Part shown: positions 29,984 to 39,139 of the stretch, one piece after another | Layout: every line of letters begins with the position of its first letter | How positions within the stretch are numbered: the stretch's first letter is position 1 | Origin: Lysobacterales bacterium 63-13 | Lineage (GTDB): Bacteria; Pseudomonadota; Gammaproteobacteria; Xanthomonadales; Rhodanobacteraceae | Direction: 5' to 3' | DNA length: 64,000 bases | NCBI GenBank assembly: GCA_001899855.1 | Contig: MKWR01000022.1 | Location: 6,456-70,455, forward strand | Program-made: the position numbers and the translations under genes | Notes under the pieces: model-generated | Database searches by the model: none | Told to the model about the DNA's origin: nothing | The model's input: only the letters and a program-made list of their open reading frames with translations

Positions 29984-30615
29984 GGCTTGCCTCCACCGCC
30001 CAGGCGCGGCTCCTGGCCACGCCACAGGCGCAGCAGGTTGCCGCGATGGGTGAAGACGATGAGCAGGGCAATGGCAATCGAGAACACCAGCATTGCGTTC
30101 GCCCGGGCATGGCCAAACTGGCCTGCAAGCAGCACGAACGCGGGAAAGCTGAGGCCCGCAAGCACGGTCGCCAGGCCGACATAACGGGTACTGGCGACGA
30201 CCAGCAGCCAGAGCACGACCATCATCCCGGCCAGAGCCGGTGCCAGCACCAGCCCGGCACCGAGCGCGGTTCCCGCACCCTTGCCGCCACGGAAGCCGAA
30301 AAACACCGGCCAGCAATGCCCGATCACGGCCGCGAATGAACACGCCGCAGCGACCGTCAGCGCAGCGAACGGCGTCGCTGCCGTGGCGCCGATCGGCGCA
30401 AGGCCGAGCAGCGCGGCCAGCGCACCCTTGCCGACATCGATCGCCACGACACCGAGGGCAAAGCGCCAGCCGACCACGCGCAATGCATTCGTGCCACCGG
30501 CGTTGCCGCTGCCGGACTGGCGGATATCGATGCCACGCAGCCGCCCGAGCAGGAGGCTGCCCGACAAGGATCCGAGCAGATACGCAACCACCAGCTTGGC
30601 CAGCAACAGCGCCAT
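29980..30615 (-). CDS. plsY: Glycerol-3-phosphate acyltransferase (acyl-phosphate dependent)
   Basis: YLLGS, DIRQSGSGNAGGTNALR, GHCWPVFFGFRGGKG, HRGNLLRL. Confidence 0.95.
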   Translation of the reverse strand: MALLLAKLVVAYLLGSLSGSLLLGRLRGIDIRQSGSGNAGGTNALRVVGWRFALGVVAIDVGKGALAALLGLAPIGATAATPFAALTVAAACSFAAVIGHCWPVFFGFRGGKGAGTALGAGLVLAPALAGMMVVLWLLVVASTRYVGLATVLAGLSFPAFVLLAGQFGHARANAMLVFSIAIALLIVFTHRGNLLRLWRGQEPRLGGGGKP

Positions 30616-30648
30616 GCAACCCCCGGAAACCCCTGCGCGTCGACGCGC

Positions 30649-32475
30649 TCAGGGCATGATGTCATCCGCCACGGCTTTCGGCATCAACGAGATGACGATG
30701 GCCCCGGCACCTGCATGCGCGCCAATCGCGCTGCCGGCCTCAAGCAATTCGGCGCATTCGACATGCGCCAGTTGCGCGATCAGGGCGTCGCGGACGCGGG
30801 CCCCTTCCGCGGCGTTGTCGCAATGCATGACCTGGGCGCGCCAGCGCTGCCTGCGATCAATGCGACGCAGGATGCGGGCGACGAAGCGCGCGGCGAAATC
30901 GCGATGATCGCGGGCCACGCCAAACACGTGCATACGCCCGTCGCCGCCGCCAATGCGCGCCATCGGCACGAGGCCCAGCCAGCGCGTGATCGGCAGGGTC
31001 CAGGCTGGAATGCGCCCGCCACGAACCGCCGAAGTCAGGTCGCGCACATAGGCCCAGGTGCTGGTGCGCTCACGCAGCGCCTCGACCTCACGCACGATGG
31101 CGGCTGCGTCGAGTCCGGCCAGGGCGCGCTCGGCGGCATGCACGGCGAGCAGGCCCTGGCCACCGGAGACGTTTGCGGTATCGACCACGCGCACCTGCCC
31201 GCCGAGCGCGGCGCTGGCCGCTTCGGCGCACTGCAAGGTGCCGGAGACGGCGCGGGAAAGGCCGATGTAGACCACTTCCTCGTGATGGCTCAGGAGAAAA
31301 CCGAACATGCGCCGGAAATCCCCGACCGGCGGCTGCGAGGTGCGCACCGCTTGCCTGCTCTCGCGCAACATCGCGTAGAAGGCATCGGAGGACAGTGAAA
31401 CCTTGTCGAGGAAATCCTCGGCACCGACGTTGATGCGTACCGGCACAACGTTCAGCGGCAGGTGTTCCAGTGCATCCGCCGGCACATCGGCCGCCGAATC
31501 GGTGACGATGACCACCTTGCCACGCGTGTGTGCGGCACGCTGCTGCGACTGCATGTCATCGGCCTTGCGCGCACGCACCTCGCCGAACGCGGACAAGGTC
31601 TCGAACAACAAGGCGGGATCATCGACATGCATGTGCACGCGCAGCTTTTCGCGCGTGCCGGCAAGCACCTGGCTCGATCCGCCAAGTCGGTCAAGCGCCT
31701 GGCGCACCGCGTTGCGATCGATCGCCACGCCCGAGAGCACGCATTCGCTGCACCAGCGATGGGTTTCTCCGGCGGCCAGTTCCTCACTGGCCACGACGCC
31801 CACTTCCGCTGCGGCAGTCGACCTGGAATAAGCACCCGCCGCGCGACCGCTGCGGATGTACTCGTCGATGCCTTCGAGCAGGTGCAGGAAACCTTGCGCA
31901 CCGGCATCGACGACGCCGGCCTTGCGCAATACGGCGAGCTGGTTCGGCGTATTCGCCAATGCGGCACGGCTTGCCGCAAGCGCATGCGTGAACGCCGTGC
32001 GCAAGTCATCGATGCCCTGGTCACACGCTTGCCGCAGCGAAGCCGCAAACGCGCTGATCACCGAAAGCATGGTGCCCTCGCGCGGCTCGGCGATCGCCTG
32101 GCGGGCCTGGCTGGCACCGAGATCGGCGGCATTGGCCAGCGGGCACAGGGTCAAGCGCTGATGCGTGCCGAGGACTTCGCCGAAGCCCTGCAGGAATTGC
32201 GCAAGGATCGCCCCGGAGTTGCCGCGCGCGCCATCGATGGCCTCGCTCGCCACGCGTTCGAATACCGCCCCGGCATGGTTGCCGCGCATGTCGCGCAGGG
32301 CCTCGCGGACACTGGCCAGGGTGAAGCCGAGATTGCTGCCGGTATCGCCATCCGGAACCGGAAACACGTTGATGCGGTTGAGCAGATCACGCTCGGCGAT
32401 GACCCGGCCAATACCTGCAATCAGGGCTTGCTTGAGCACGCGACCATCAGTGTCCGCGTGGATTCTGGCTGTCAT
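30649..32475 (-). CDS. DAK2 (FakA-like)-DegV (FakB-like) fusion, putative fatty acid kinase
   Basis: INVFPVPDGDTGSN, GARGNSGAIL, EPREGTMLSV, WCSEC..HMHVDDP..KADDMQ, then DegV motifs IVTDSAAD, TSQP, SGT; ATG 32475. Confidence 0.88.
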   Translation of the reverse strand: MTARIHADTDGRVLKQALIAGIGRVIAERDLLNRINVFPVPDGDTGSNLGFTLASVREALRDMRGNHAGAVFERVASEAIDGARGNSGAILAQFLQGFGEVLGTHQRLTLCPLANAADLGASQARQAIAEPREGTMLSVISAFAASLRQACDQGIDDLRTAFTHALAASRAALANTPNQLAVLRKAGVVDAGAQGFLHLLEGIDEYIRSGRAAGAYSRSTAAAEVGVVASEELAAGETHRWCSECVLSGVAIDRNAVRQALDRLGGSSQVLAGTREKLRVHMHVDDPALLFETLSAFGEVRARKADDMQSQQRAAHTRGKVVIVTDSAADVPADALEHLPLNVVPVRINVGAEDFLDKVSLSSDAFYAMLRESRQAVRTSQPPVGDFRRMFGFLLSHHEEVVYIGLSRAVSGTLQCAEAASAALGGQVRVVDTANVSGGQGLLAVHAAERALAGLDAAAIVREVEALRERTSTWAYVRDLTSAVRGGRIPAWTLPITRWLGLVPMARIGGGDGRMHVFGVARDHRDFAARFVARILRRIDRRQRWRAQVMHCDNAAEGARVRDALIAQLAHVECAELLEAGSAIGAHAGAGAIVISLMPKAVADDIMP

Positions 32476-32618
32476 CGGCTGACGGAATGGCGAAAGGTGA
32501 ATGGAGTTTAGCCTGAACGATTCCCGCCCCGCGCGCAGGCGAATTGCGCATCCCGGCAGGGCATGGCGGCGTCCGCGCCAGGAGCCAGCGAAGTCCGAGG
32601 ACGGCAAAGTGGCCACAA

Positions 32619-32665
32619 GCGGACACTGGCAGCGTCCGCGAGTGTCCGCAGGTGTCCACTGGACA
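32619..32665. promoter_or_regulatory. Cluster of GTGTCC/GGACAC motifs, candidate enhancer-binding-protein sites
   Basis: GCGGACACT-N13-AGTGTCCGC inverted repeat followed by TGTCCACTGGACA palindrome, about 60-100 bp upstream of the sigma54-like promoter. Confidence 0.4.
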
Positions 32666-32720
32666 GGTGATGTGTCGTGCAATTGTCCCTATGTCATTGA
32701 AAATAAAGGACAGCGAAGTT

Positions 32721-32738
32721 CTGGCATGATAGCTGCTA
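32721..32738 (+). promoter_or_regulatory. sigma54 (-24/-12) promoter candidate
   Basis: CTGGCATGATAGCTGCTA; GG and GC at canonical spacing versus YTGGCACG-N4-TTGCW; AT-rich tract just upstream. Confidence 0.55.
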
Positions 32739-32874
32739 TGACTTTCGGGCCATCCAGCGCGCAGGACAGCGCGCGCTGCCGGAAATCCACTCTTGGTGGT
32801 TTCAGCCCGGGGATCATGGGAACATCCCGGATTCCGCGCAGATTCCGCACGTTGCAGCCTCACGGAGACGCCGC

Positions 32875-33249
32875 ATGAATTCGCCGAAATGGATGCTTGT
32901 CCCTGCCTGCTTGGCCTTGCTGCTGGGCGTCGCTGCCGCACAGGCGGGCGAAATCTCGATGGACGTGGGCGGGCTGGCCGTGGCAATGCAAGGGCCATCC
33001 AGCGACGACGCGCCGGCACAGCCCAGCCAGTCGAGCACGGATGCCGGCAGCTACGAAATGCCGGCAAGCCAGTCCCGACGCTGGCGCATGACTTCCCCCG
33101 GCTCAAGCAACCAGGGACTCGCCGATGACGCCGGAGTGATTGCCGAAGCGCCTGCGACCTCGACCGCAGGCAGTTCCAGCAACGCATTGCCCACGGCATC
33201 GAAACCACGCAATCGCTGGCAATCACTGGTTCCCGGCGCGATCCGCTGA
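32875..33249 (+). CDS. Small secreted Ser/Ala/Pro-rich protein with C-terminal RWQSLVPGAIR motif
   Basis: Signal peptide (AAAQA), low-complexity body, ordered-looking C-terminal tail. Confidence 0.7.
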   Translation: MNSPKWMLVPACLALLLGVAAAQAGEISMDVGGLAVAMQGPSSDDAPAQPSQSSTDAGSYEMPASQSRRWRMTSPGSSNQGLADDAGVIAEAPATSTAGSSSNALPTASKPRNRWQSLVPGAIR

Positions 33250-33455
33250 CACGCGCCGCAAGTTCCCGCGCGGCGTAAGGCAGGGTCGGCGTTCGGCCAG
33301 TCGCACTGTCGACTTCGGCCAGCGCATTGCGCAGGCAACTTGCACCCGGTTCGGACAATTCGTCTGGCGACGCAACCGGCCAACTCTGCCCGCTCGGGTT
33401 GCACAGTCCCGACAAGCCATCTAGCCTAGCTGATTATCTTCACGACTCCCTGCCA

Positions 33456-36182
33456 ATGTTGGTTCCCGTTGCCCTCGCGCGCCTGTGTAGGCGCCTGATC
33501 CCGCTCACCCTGCTCTCTATCCCGCTGCTGCCGCTGTCGGCCCTGGCGTGCAGCGGTGTCCTGCATATTGAAATCGAGGCTGGCGGTGTCTACGCGCTCG
33601 ATCACGCGGCGATTGCCGAACGTCAGCCCGATCTCGCCGATTGCGCGAGCGACCAGCTCAGCTTGAACAATGCCGGCAAGGAAGTGCCGATACGCGTGCT
33701 GGATGGCGGCGACGGCAAGTTCTCGGCCGGCGATTCCATCGAATGGATCGGCCAGCCGCTGCACGGTCCGGAAAGCTGGTTCAATTCCTACAGTGTCAAC
33801 AATGTCTACCTGCTCTCGGCCAGCAGCGGTGCGCATGCGCGCCTGCGCGACGAGGCGGCCGGCGGCAGCGGCGCGGCCAGCCTCCTGCGCAGCCTGCACC
33901 TCGAGCAGGAAAACATGATGATCCGCCTCGACCAGAATCAGCAGAAGCCGGGCGAGGAACCGGATGTCTGGCATTGGGCCAAGCTGACCCAGGCCGATCC
34001 GGCACCGTTTTCAACGCGCTTCGATCTGCCCGATCTCGCCGCGCACGGCGCCGATGCCACCTTGCGCATCAATTTCCGCGGCATATCCACCATCGTCGTG
34101 CCGATGGATCGACAGAAGGATCGCCCCAGCGACCATCTGGTCGAGGTGCGCATCAATGGGCACCTGCTCGATCGCATCGGCTGGAATGGCCGTGACGAGT
34201 TCGCGCAGGAGCTGAAGGTGCCGCTGCAGGATCTGCGCGCCACCGGGAACGAGCTCGTGCTGTCGATCCCGAAACGGACCCTGGCGTGGAATCCGGCGCA
34301 GACCGCGATTGACGTGGTCATGTTCAATTGGATCGAGTTCGACTATGCGCTGGCCGCAACACTGGCCGCCGACTCGCCGCCGCTGCAGGCCGCGGATTCT
34401 TCAAGGCGGCCGATCGAGCTGCAATGGCGCGGCGCCGGGACGGCACCGGCGCTGTACGGCGAAGACGGCGTGCGGCGCCCGCCAACAGCCCTGGGCGGCA
34501 ATCGCTATCGCTACGCCGGGGCAGCGCCAGGCGTCGACTTGTATGCGGCAACGAGTCCCGCCACGCCGCTCCTGCTGCGCGCATCGGCGAAACAGGACTG
34601 GCGCTCGCCGGCGCAGGGCTATGACTACCTGATGGTCAGTCACGCCAGCCTGATCGATGCCGTGCGGCCGCTTGCCGAGTTCCACGAGAAGCGCGGCATG
34701 AAGGTGGCGTTGATCGACATTGCCGATGTCTATGACGAGTTCAACCACGGCATCACCCATCCACAAGCGGTGCGCGCCCTCGTCGACACCGCCTGGCATG
34801 ACTGGCCGCAACCGCGCCCGCGCTTCCTGCTGCTGGTCGGCGATGCCAGCTTCGATATCCGCAGCAAGACCTACAACGATCTTGCCTACGCCAAGTTCGC
34901 GAACAGCCCGCAGGAACTCGTGCCCGGGCATTTTTCCGGAATCCCGGCGACCGCCTACTCGGCCGACAGCAAGAGCATGGGCAGTCGCAACCTGATCCCG
35001 ACCTGGCAATTCCCTTCGATGGAAGGCCAGTCGGCCAGCGACAACTGGTTTGGCGCGGTGGATGGCGATGATTACCACCCGGTGGTCGCGGTCGGCCGTT
35101 TTCCGGTTGTCGAACCGGCTGAAGTCAGCGCGATCGTGAAGAAGACCATCGATTACCTGAGCAGTCCGCGCCCCGGCAGCTGGCGCCGCGATGTCATGTT
35201 CATCACCGACGAGTCCTCGCATTTCAAGAATGCCTCCGACCAGATTGCCGGCAGCATCAGCAAGCAGGGCTTCCTTGCCGACAAGATCTACGCCAGCCCG
35301 GACGAGGCCGACAACCTGGCCCACCAGAGCGCGATCAAGGATGGCCTCAATGACGGCCAGTTGCTGGTGCATTTCATCGGCCATGGTGGCCGTTACATCT
35401 GGCGCACCGGCCCGCCGGACCTGCGCAAGAACCACGACCTGTTCACCCTCGATGACGTCAGCGAATTGAACAACAGCGGACGCCTGCCGATGGTGCTGTC
35501 GATGACCTGCTATTCGGCGCCGTTCGACAACCCGACCGAGGATTCGATTGGCGAACGCTTCCTGCGCGAGGCCGACAAGGGCGCGATCGCCGTATTCGCC
35601 GCCTCGTGGCGCAATGCGCCGTCGACGCGCTTCAGCGAGAACCTGGTCAGCGAGCTGCTGGTGCCGGGAGCGACCATTGGCGAAGGCATCGTGCGGGCGA
35701 AGAAGAGCATCGACGACCGCACCCTGGTGGAAATGTACAACCTGCTTGGTGATCCGGCCGTGGTGCTGGAACGGCCACAGGCAAAGGCGAAGATGCAGGT
35801 CGATGGCGATCGCTGGAACCCGGCCGTGCTGATCGCCTTGCCCGACCCCGGATTTTCCGGCCAGATCAGCCTGAACTGGCTCGACGAGGAAGGCGGGCTG
35901 CTCGGCACTTCGAACTATCAGGTCAGCCAGGCAACCGTGCGCGTGCCGATCCCGCGTTTTGCCGACGGCAAGATCGCCGGTTTCGTCGGTGCCTATGCGA
36001 ACGATCCGCACAGCGGCCGCGATGCCGTTGCCGGCATCAAGATCGATGTCAAGCCGAGCACGCGTGGCAGCGGCATCCGCTGGCCGCAGTGGTCCTCGGC
36101 GGGCTCCGGCGGCAAGCCGCTGAGCAGCGACACGATTTCGCGCAGCGGCTTCGAGCGCGTGGCGGAGGCCAAGGCCGGTTGA
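33456..36182 (+). CDS. C25 family (gingipain/PorU-like) cysteine peptidase, secreted
   Basis: SDNWFGAVDGDDYHPVVAVGRFP, catalytic His VHFIGHGG, catalytic Cys SMTCYSAPF, MYNLLGDP; signal peptide from ATG 33456. Confidence 0.85.
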   Translation: MLVPVALARLCRRLIPLTLLSIPLLPLSALACSGVLHIEIEAGGVYALDHAAIAERQPDLADCASDQLSLNNAGKEVPIRVLDGGDGKFSAGDSIEWIGQPLHGPESWFNSYSVNNVYLLSASSGAHARLRDEAAGGSGAASLLRSLHLEQENMMIRLDQNQQKPGEEPDVWHWAKLTQADPAPFSTRFDLPDLAAHGADATLRINFRGISTIVVPMDRQKDRPSDHLVEVRINGHLLDRIGWNGRDEFAQELKVPLQDLRATGNELVLSIPKRTLAWNPAQTAIDVVMFNWIEFDYALAATLAADSPPLQAADSSRRPIELQWRGAGTAPALYGEDGVRRPPTALGGNRYRYAGAAPGVDLYAATSPATPLLLRASAKQDWRSPAQGYDYLMVSHASLIDAVRPLAEFHEKRGMKVALIDIADVYDEFNHGITHPQAVRALVDTAWHDWPQPRPRFLLLVGDASFDIRSKTYNDLAYAKFANSPQELVPGHFSGIPATAYSADSKSMGSRNLIPTWQFPSMEGQSASDNWFGAVDGDDYHPVVAVGRFPVVEPAEVSAIVKKTIDYLSSPRPGSWRRDVMFITDESSHFKNASDQIAGSISKQGFLADKIYASPDEADNLAHQSAIKDGLNDGQLLVHFIGHGGRYIWRTGPPDLRKNHDLFTLDDVSELNNSGRLPMVLSMTCYSAPFDNPTEDSIGERFLREADKGAIAVFAASWRNAPSTRFSENLVSELLVPGATIGEGIVRAKKSIDDRTLVEMYNLLGDPAVVLERPQAKAKMQVDGDRWNPAVLIALPDPGFSGQISLNWLDEEGGLLGTSNYQVSQATVRVPIPRFADGKIAGFVGAYANDPHSGRDAVAGIKIDVKPSTRGSGIRWPQWSSAGSGGKPLSSDTISRSGFERVAEAKAG

Positions 36183-36184
36183 AC

Positions 36185-37051
36185 ATGGCTGCGCTTGCGG
36201 CTTTGCTTGAACTTGCGCGACCGGCGCAATGGATCAAGAACGGTTTCGTCCTGCTGCCGCTGTTCTTTGCCCACGCGCTGTTTGATCAAGCCGCGCTGAG
36301 CGGAGCGCTGTTGGCGACGCTGGCATTCTGCCTCGCCGCCTCGGCCGTGTACGCCTACAACGACACGCGCGATGCGGCGCGCGATCGCCTGCACCCAGAC
36401 AAGCAGCAGCGGCCGCTGGCGCGCGGCGCCATCACGCCACGCGCCGCGCTTGCATTCTCCGCCTTGCTCTGCGTGGCTGCCCTTGCCGTCGCCGCATTGA
36501 CCCATGCCGGCGTCGTCGCCGTGATCGCGATCTACCTGCTCCTGCAACTGGCTTATTCGCAGGGACTCAAGCGCATCGCCTGGCTCGATGTCGGCATTGT
36601 CGCCAGCGGCTTTGCCTTGCGCATCGTTGCCGGTGGCCTTGCCGCCAACGTGCCGCTGACACCGTGGATCCTCGCCATGGGCTTCCTGCTCGCGCTGATG
36701 CTTGCCCTCGGCAAGCGCCATGGCGACCTCATCCATGTCACCGATCCCGCCGCGCGCACGGCCGCACGCTATGACGTGAGCACGATCGAATGGGTGCTTG
36801 CCGGCCTCGCCGGCGCGGTGCTGGTGGCCTACGTGTTCTATACGATCTCGCCCGACGTGGTCGCCCGCCATGGCCACCGCGCCCTGGCCTGGTCGACACC
36901 CTGGGTCGCCCTGGGCGTGCTGCGTTATCTGTTCCTGGTGTTCAAGCGCGGTGCTGGCGGTGATCCGAGCCGCCTGGCGCTGCGCGATCCATTCCTGCTT
37001 GGCGCAACCCTGGGCTGGTTGCTCACCTTGACCTGGGTGCTCTATCGCTGA
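36185..37051 (+). CDS. UbiA family, decaprenyl-phosphate phosphoribosyltransferase-like
   Basis: RPAQWIKNGFV, YAYNDTRDAARDRLHPDKQQRPLARG, LALGKRHGDL, GDPSRLALRD. Confidence 0.85.
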   Translation: MAALAALLELARPAQWIKNGFVLLPLFFAHALFDQAALSGALLATLAFCLAASAVYAYNDTRDAARDRLHPDKQQRPLARGAITPRAALAFSALLCVAALAVAALTHAGVVAVIAIYLLLQLAYSQGLKRIAWLDVGIVASGFALRIVAGGLAANVPLTPWILAMGFLLALMLALGKRHGDLIHVTDPAARTAARYDVSTIEWVLAGLAGAVLVAYVFYTISPDVVARHGHRALAWSTPWVALGVLRYLFLVFKRGAGGDPSRLALRDPFLLGATLGWLLTLTWVLYR

Positions 37052-37108
37052 GCGCCCCATCGTCGCCGCATTCCGGCGACAATGGCCGCTCTTGATTCGG
37101 GGATTCGC

Positions 37109-38317
37109 GTGCCGGCATTCGCCTACCAGGCTCTGGACAACAACGGCAAGACCCAGCGCGGCGTGCTGCAGGGCGATACCGCGCGCGCGGTTCGCGGCAT
37201 CCTGCGCGAACGCGGCCTGAATCCGCTGGCGGTCGATGAAGTCGCCGAGGGACGCAAGGGCGCAAGTCCGTTTGCGCGACGCGGTTTGTCGGCCACCCAG
37301 CTGGCCCTGCTCACGCGCCAGCTCTCGACCCTGGTCGCCGCCGACTTGCCAATCGACGAAGCCCTTGCCGCGCTCTCCGAGCAGGATGACAACGAGCGCC
37401 AACGCGCACTGACAGTGGCCTTGCGCGCGCGGGTCATGGAGGGTGCCAGCCTGGCCATGGCCATGGCCGACTTCCCGGACAGCTTCCCCGAGATCTTCCG
37501 CGCCACGGTCGCTGCCGGCGAGCAATCCGGCCATCTCGCCCGTGTCCTCGACCGCCTCGCCGACTATGCCGAGGCGCGCGACGCGTTGCGCCAGACCCTG
37601 CTTTCCGCGCTGACCTATCCGCTGCTGCTGACCCTCGTCGCCATCGCCGTCGTTGCCGGCCTGTTGACCTGGGTCGTGCCGCAGATCATCGGCGTGTTCG
37701 AGAACATGCAGCAAAGCCTGCCGCTGGCCACGCGCCTGCTCATGGGGCTTTCCGATTTCCTGCGCCACTGGGCCTGGCTGCTGATCGGCCTGGTCGTGCT
37801 CGACGTGATCGGCATTCGCCTTGCCCTGCGCCGCGAAGCGGTACGCTTCCGCTGGCATCGCCTCCTGCTGCGCCTGCCGTTGATTGGCCGCCTCACCCGC
37901 GCAGCGAACACGGCGCGAGCGGCGCGTACCCTGGCCTTGCTTGCCGGTGCCGCGGTGCCCCTGCTCGATGCGCTGGCCATTGCCGCGCAGGTTGTGCCGA
38001 ACCTGCCCATGCGCGAGTCGCTGCGCCATGCCGCGTTCAAGGTGCGCGAGGGCAGCGGCTTCGCCCGCGCGCTTGCCGAGAGCAAACAGTTTCCACCCGT
38101 GGCCCTGCGCCTGATCGCCAGTGGTGAACGCTCCGGCGAACTGCCGCGGATGCTCGAGGAGGCGGCCGCGCAGCAGCAACGTGATCTCGATCGCTGGCTC
38201 GGCGTGCTCGCGGCGACCCTCGGCCCGGCCGTGATCCTCCTCGTCGGCGCCATGGTCCTGTTCATCGTCCTCGCCATCCTGCTGCCGATCTTCGATTTGA
38301 ACCAGATGGTCAAGTAG
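37109..38317 (+). CDS. gspF: Type II secretion inner-membrane platform protein GspF
   Basis: PAFAYQALD..GK...G, TRQLSTLV, AGEQSGHL, LTYP, SGERSGEL, AILLPIFDLNQ; GTG 37109 (alternative ATG 37082). Confidence 0.9.
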   Translation: MPAFAYQALDNNGKTQRGVLQGDTARAVRGILRERGLNPLAVDEVAEGRKGASPFARRGLSATQLALLTRQLSTLVAADLPIDEALAALSEQDDNERQRALTVALRARVMEGASLAMAMADFPDSFPEIFRATVAAGEQSGHLARVLDRLADYAEARDALRQTLLSALTYPLLLTLVAIAVVAGLLTWVVPQIIGVFENMQQSLPLATRLLMGLSDFLRHWAWLLIGLVVLDVIGIRLALRREAVRFRWHRLLLRLPLIGRLTRAANTARAARTLALLAGAAVPLLDALAIAAQVVPNLPMRESLRHAAFKVREGSGFARALAESKQFPPVALRLIASGERSGELPRMLEEAAAQQQRDLDRWLGVLAATLGPAVILLVGAMVLFIVLAILLPIFDLNQMVK

Positions 38318-38458
38318 CCGGGAATCGGGAATGGGGAATAGGGAATGGTAAAAGCGAAATGCACAAGCGAAGCAGAAACAACGCGGATTGTTGGTGCGAC
38401 AGCAATCTGCTATTGCCTTGCTTGATCGATTCCCTATTCCCCATTCCCGATTCCCGGC
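38317..38458. repeat. REPIN/MITE-like hairpin with 30-bp perfect terminal inverted repeats made of GGGAAT-type units
   Basis: GCCGGGAATCGGGAATGGGGAATAGGGAAT (38317-38346) is the exact reverse complement of 38429-38458. Confidence 0.85.
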
Positions 38459-38464
38459 CCGCCA

Positions 38465-39139
38465 ATGATCCACTTCGACAATGTCAGCAAACGCTATGCC
38501 GGGGGCCATGAGGCGCTGAACGGACTCAGCTTCGAGGTGACGGCGGGCGAAATGGTCTTCGTGACCGGGCATTCCGGTGCCGGCAAGACCACCTTGCTCA
38601 AGCTGCTGGGCTTGATCGAGCGGCCGACGCGGGGCGAGATCGTGGTCAACGGCGCGGCGCTCGCCCGCGTGCGCCAGCGCGCGATCCCGCAGGTGCGCCG
38701 CGGCATCGGCATGGTCTTCCAGAATCATCGCCTGCTGATGGATCGCAGTGTCTTCGACAACGTCGCCCTGCCGCTGGCCATTGCCGGCGCGGGTGCCGAG
38801 GAGACTGCCAAGCGCGTGCGCGCGGCACTCGACAAGGTGGCCTTGCTGGACAAGGAGCGTGCCGCTCCGGCAACCCTGTCGACCGGCGAACAGCAGCGCG
38901 TCGGCATCGCCCGCGCCCTGGTCGGCAAACCGCCGTTGATCATTGCCGATGAACCCACCGGCAATCTCGATCCGCAACTTTCCATCGAGATCATGAACCT
39001 GTTTGCCGAGTTCCAGCAGGTCGGCACCACGGTGCTGATCGCCAGCCATGACCTGCACCTGATCCGGCACATGGGCAAGCGCGTGCTGGTCCTCGACCAC
39101 GGTCGACTGATCGACGACTTCCGGCCACAGGCAGACTGA
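38465..39139 (+). CDS. ftsE: Cell division ATP-binding protein FtsE
   Basis: GHSGAGKTT, LSTGEQQRVGIARA, ADEPTGNLD, ASHD; upstream of ftsX. Confidence 0.95.
   Translation: MIHFDNVSKRYAGGHEALNGLSFEVTAGEMVFVTGHSGAGKTTLLKLLGLIERPTRGEIVVNGAALARVRQRAIPQVRRGIGMVFQNHRLLMDRSVFDNVALPLAIAGAGAEETAKRVRAALDKVALLDKERAAPATLSTGEQQRVGIARALVGKPPLIIADEPTGNLDPQLSIEIMNLFAEFQQVGTTVLIASHDLHLIRHMGKRVLVLDHGRLIDDFRPQAD

Noticed and set aside
38317-38458. GGGAAT repeats as a CRISPR array
   Set aside because: Units are 6-7 nt in inverted arms with no unique spacers and no cas genes.
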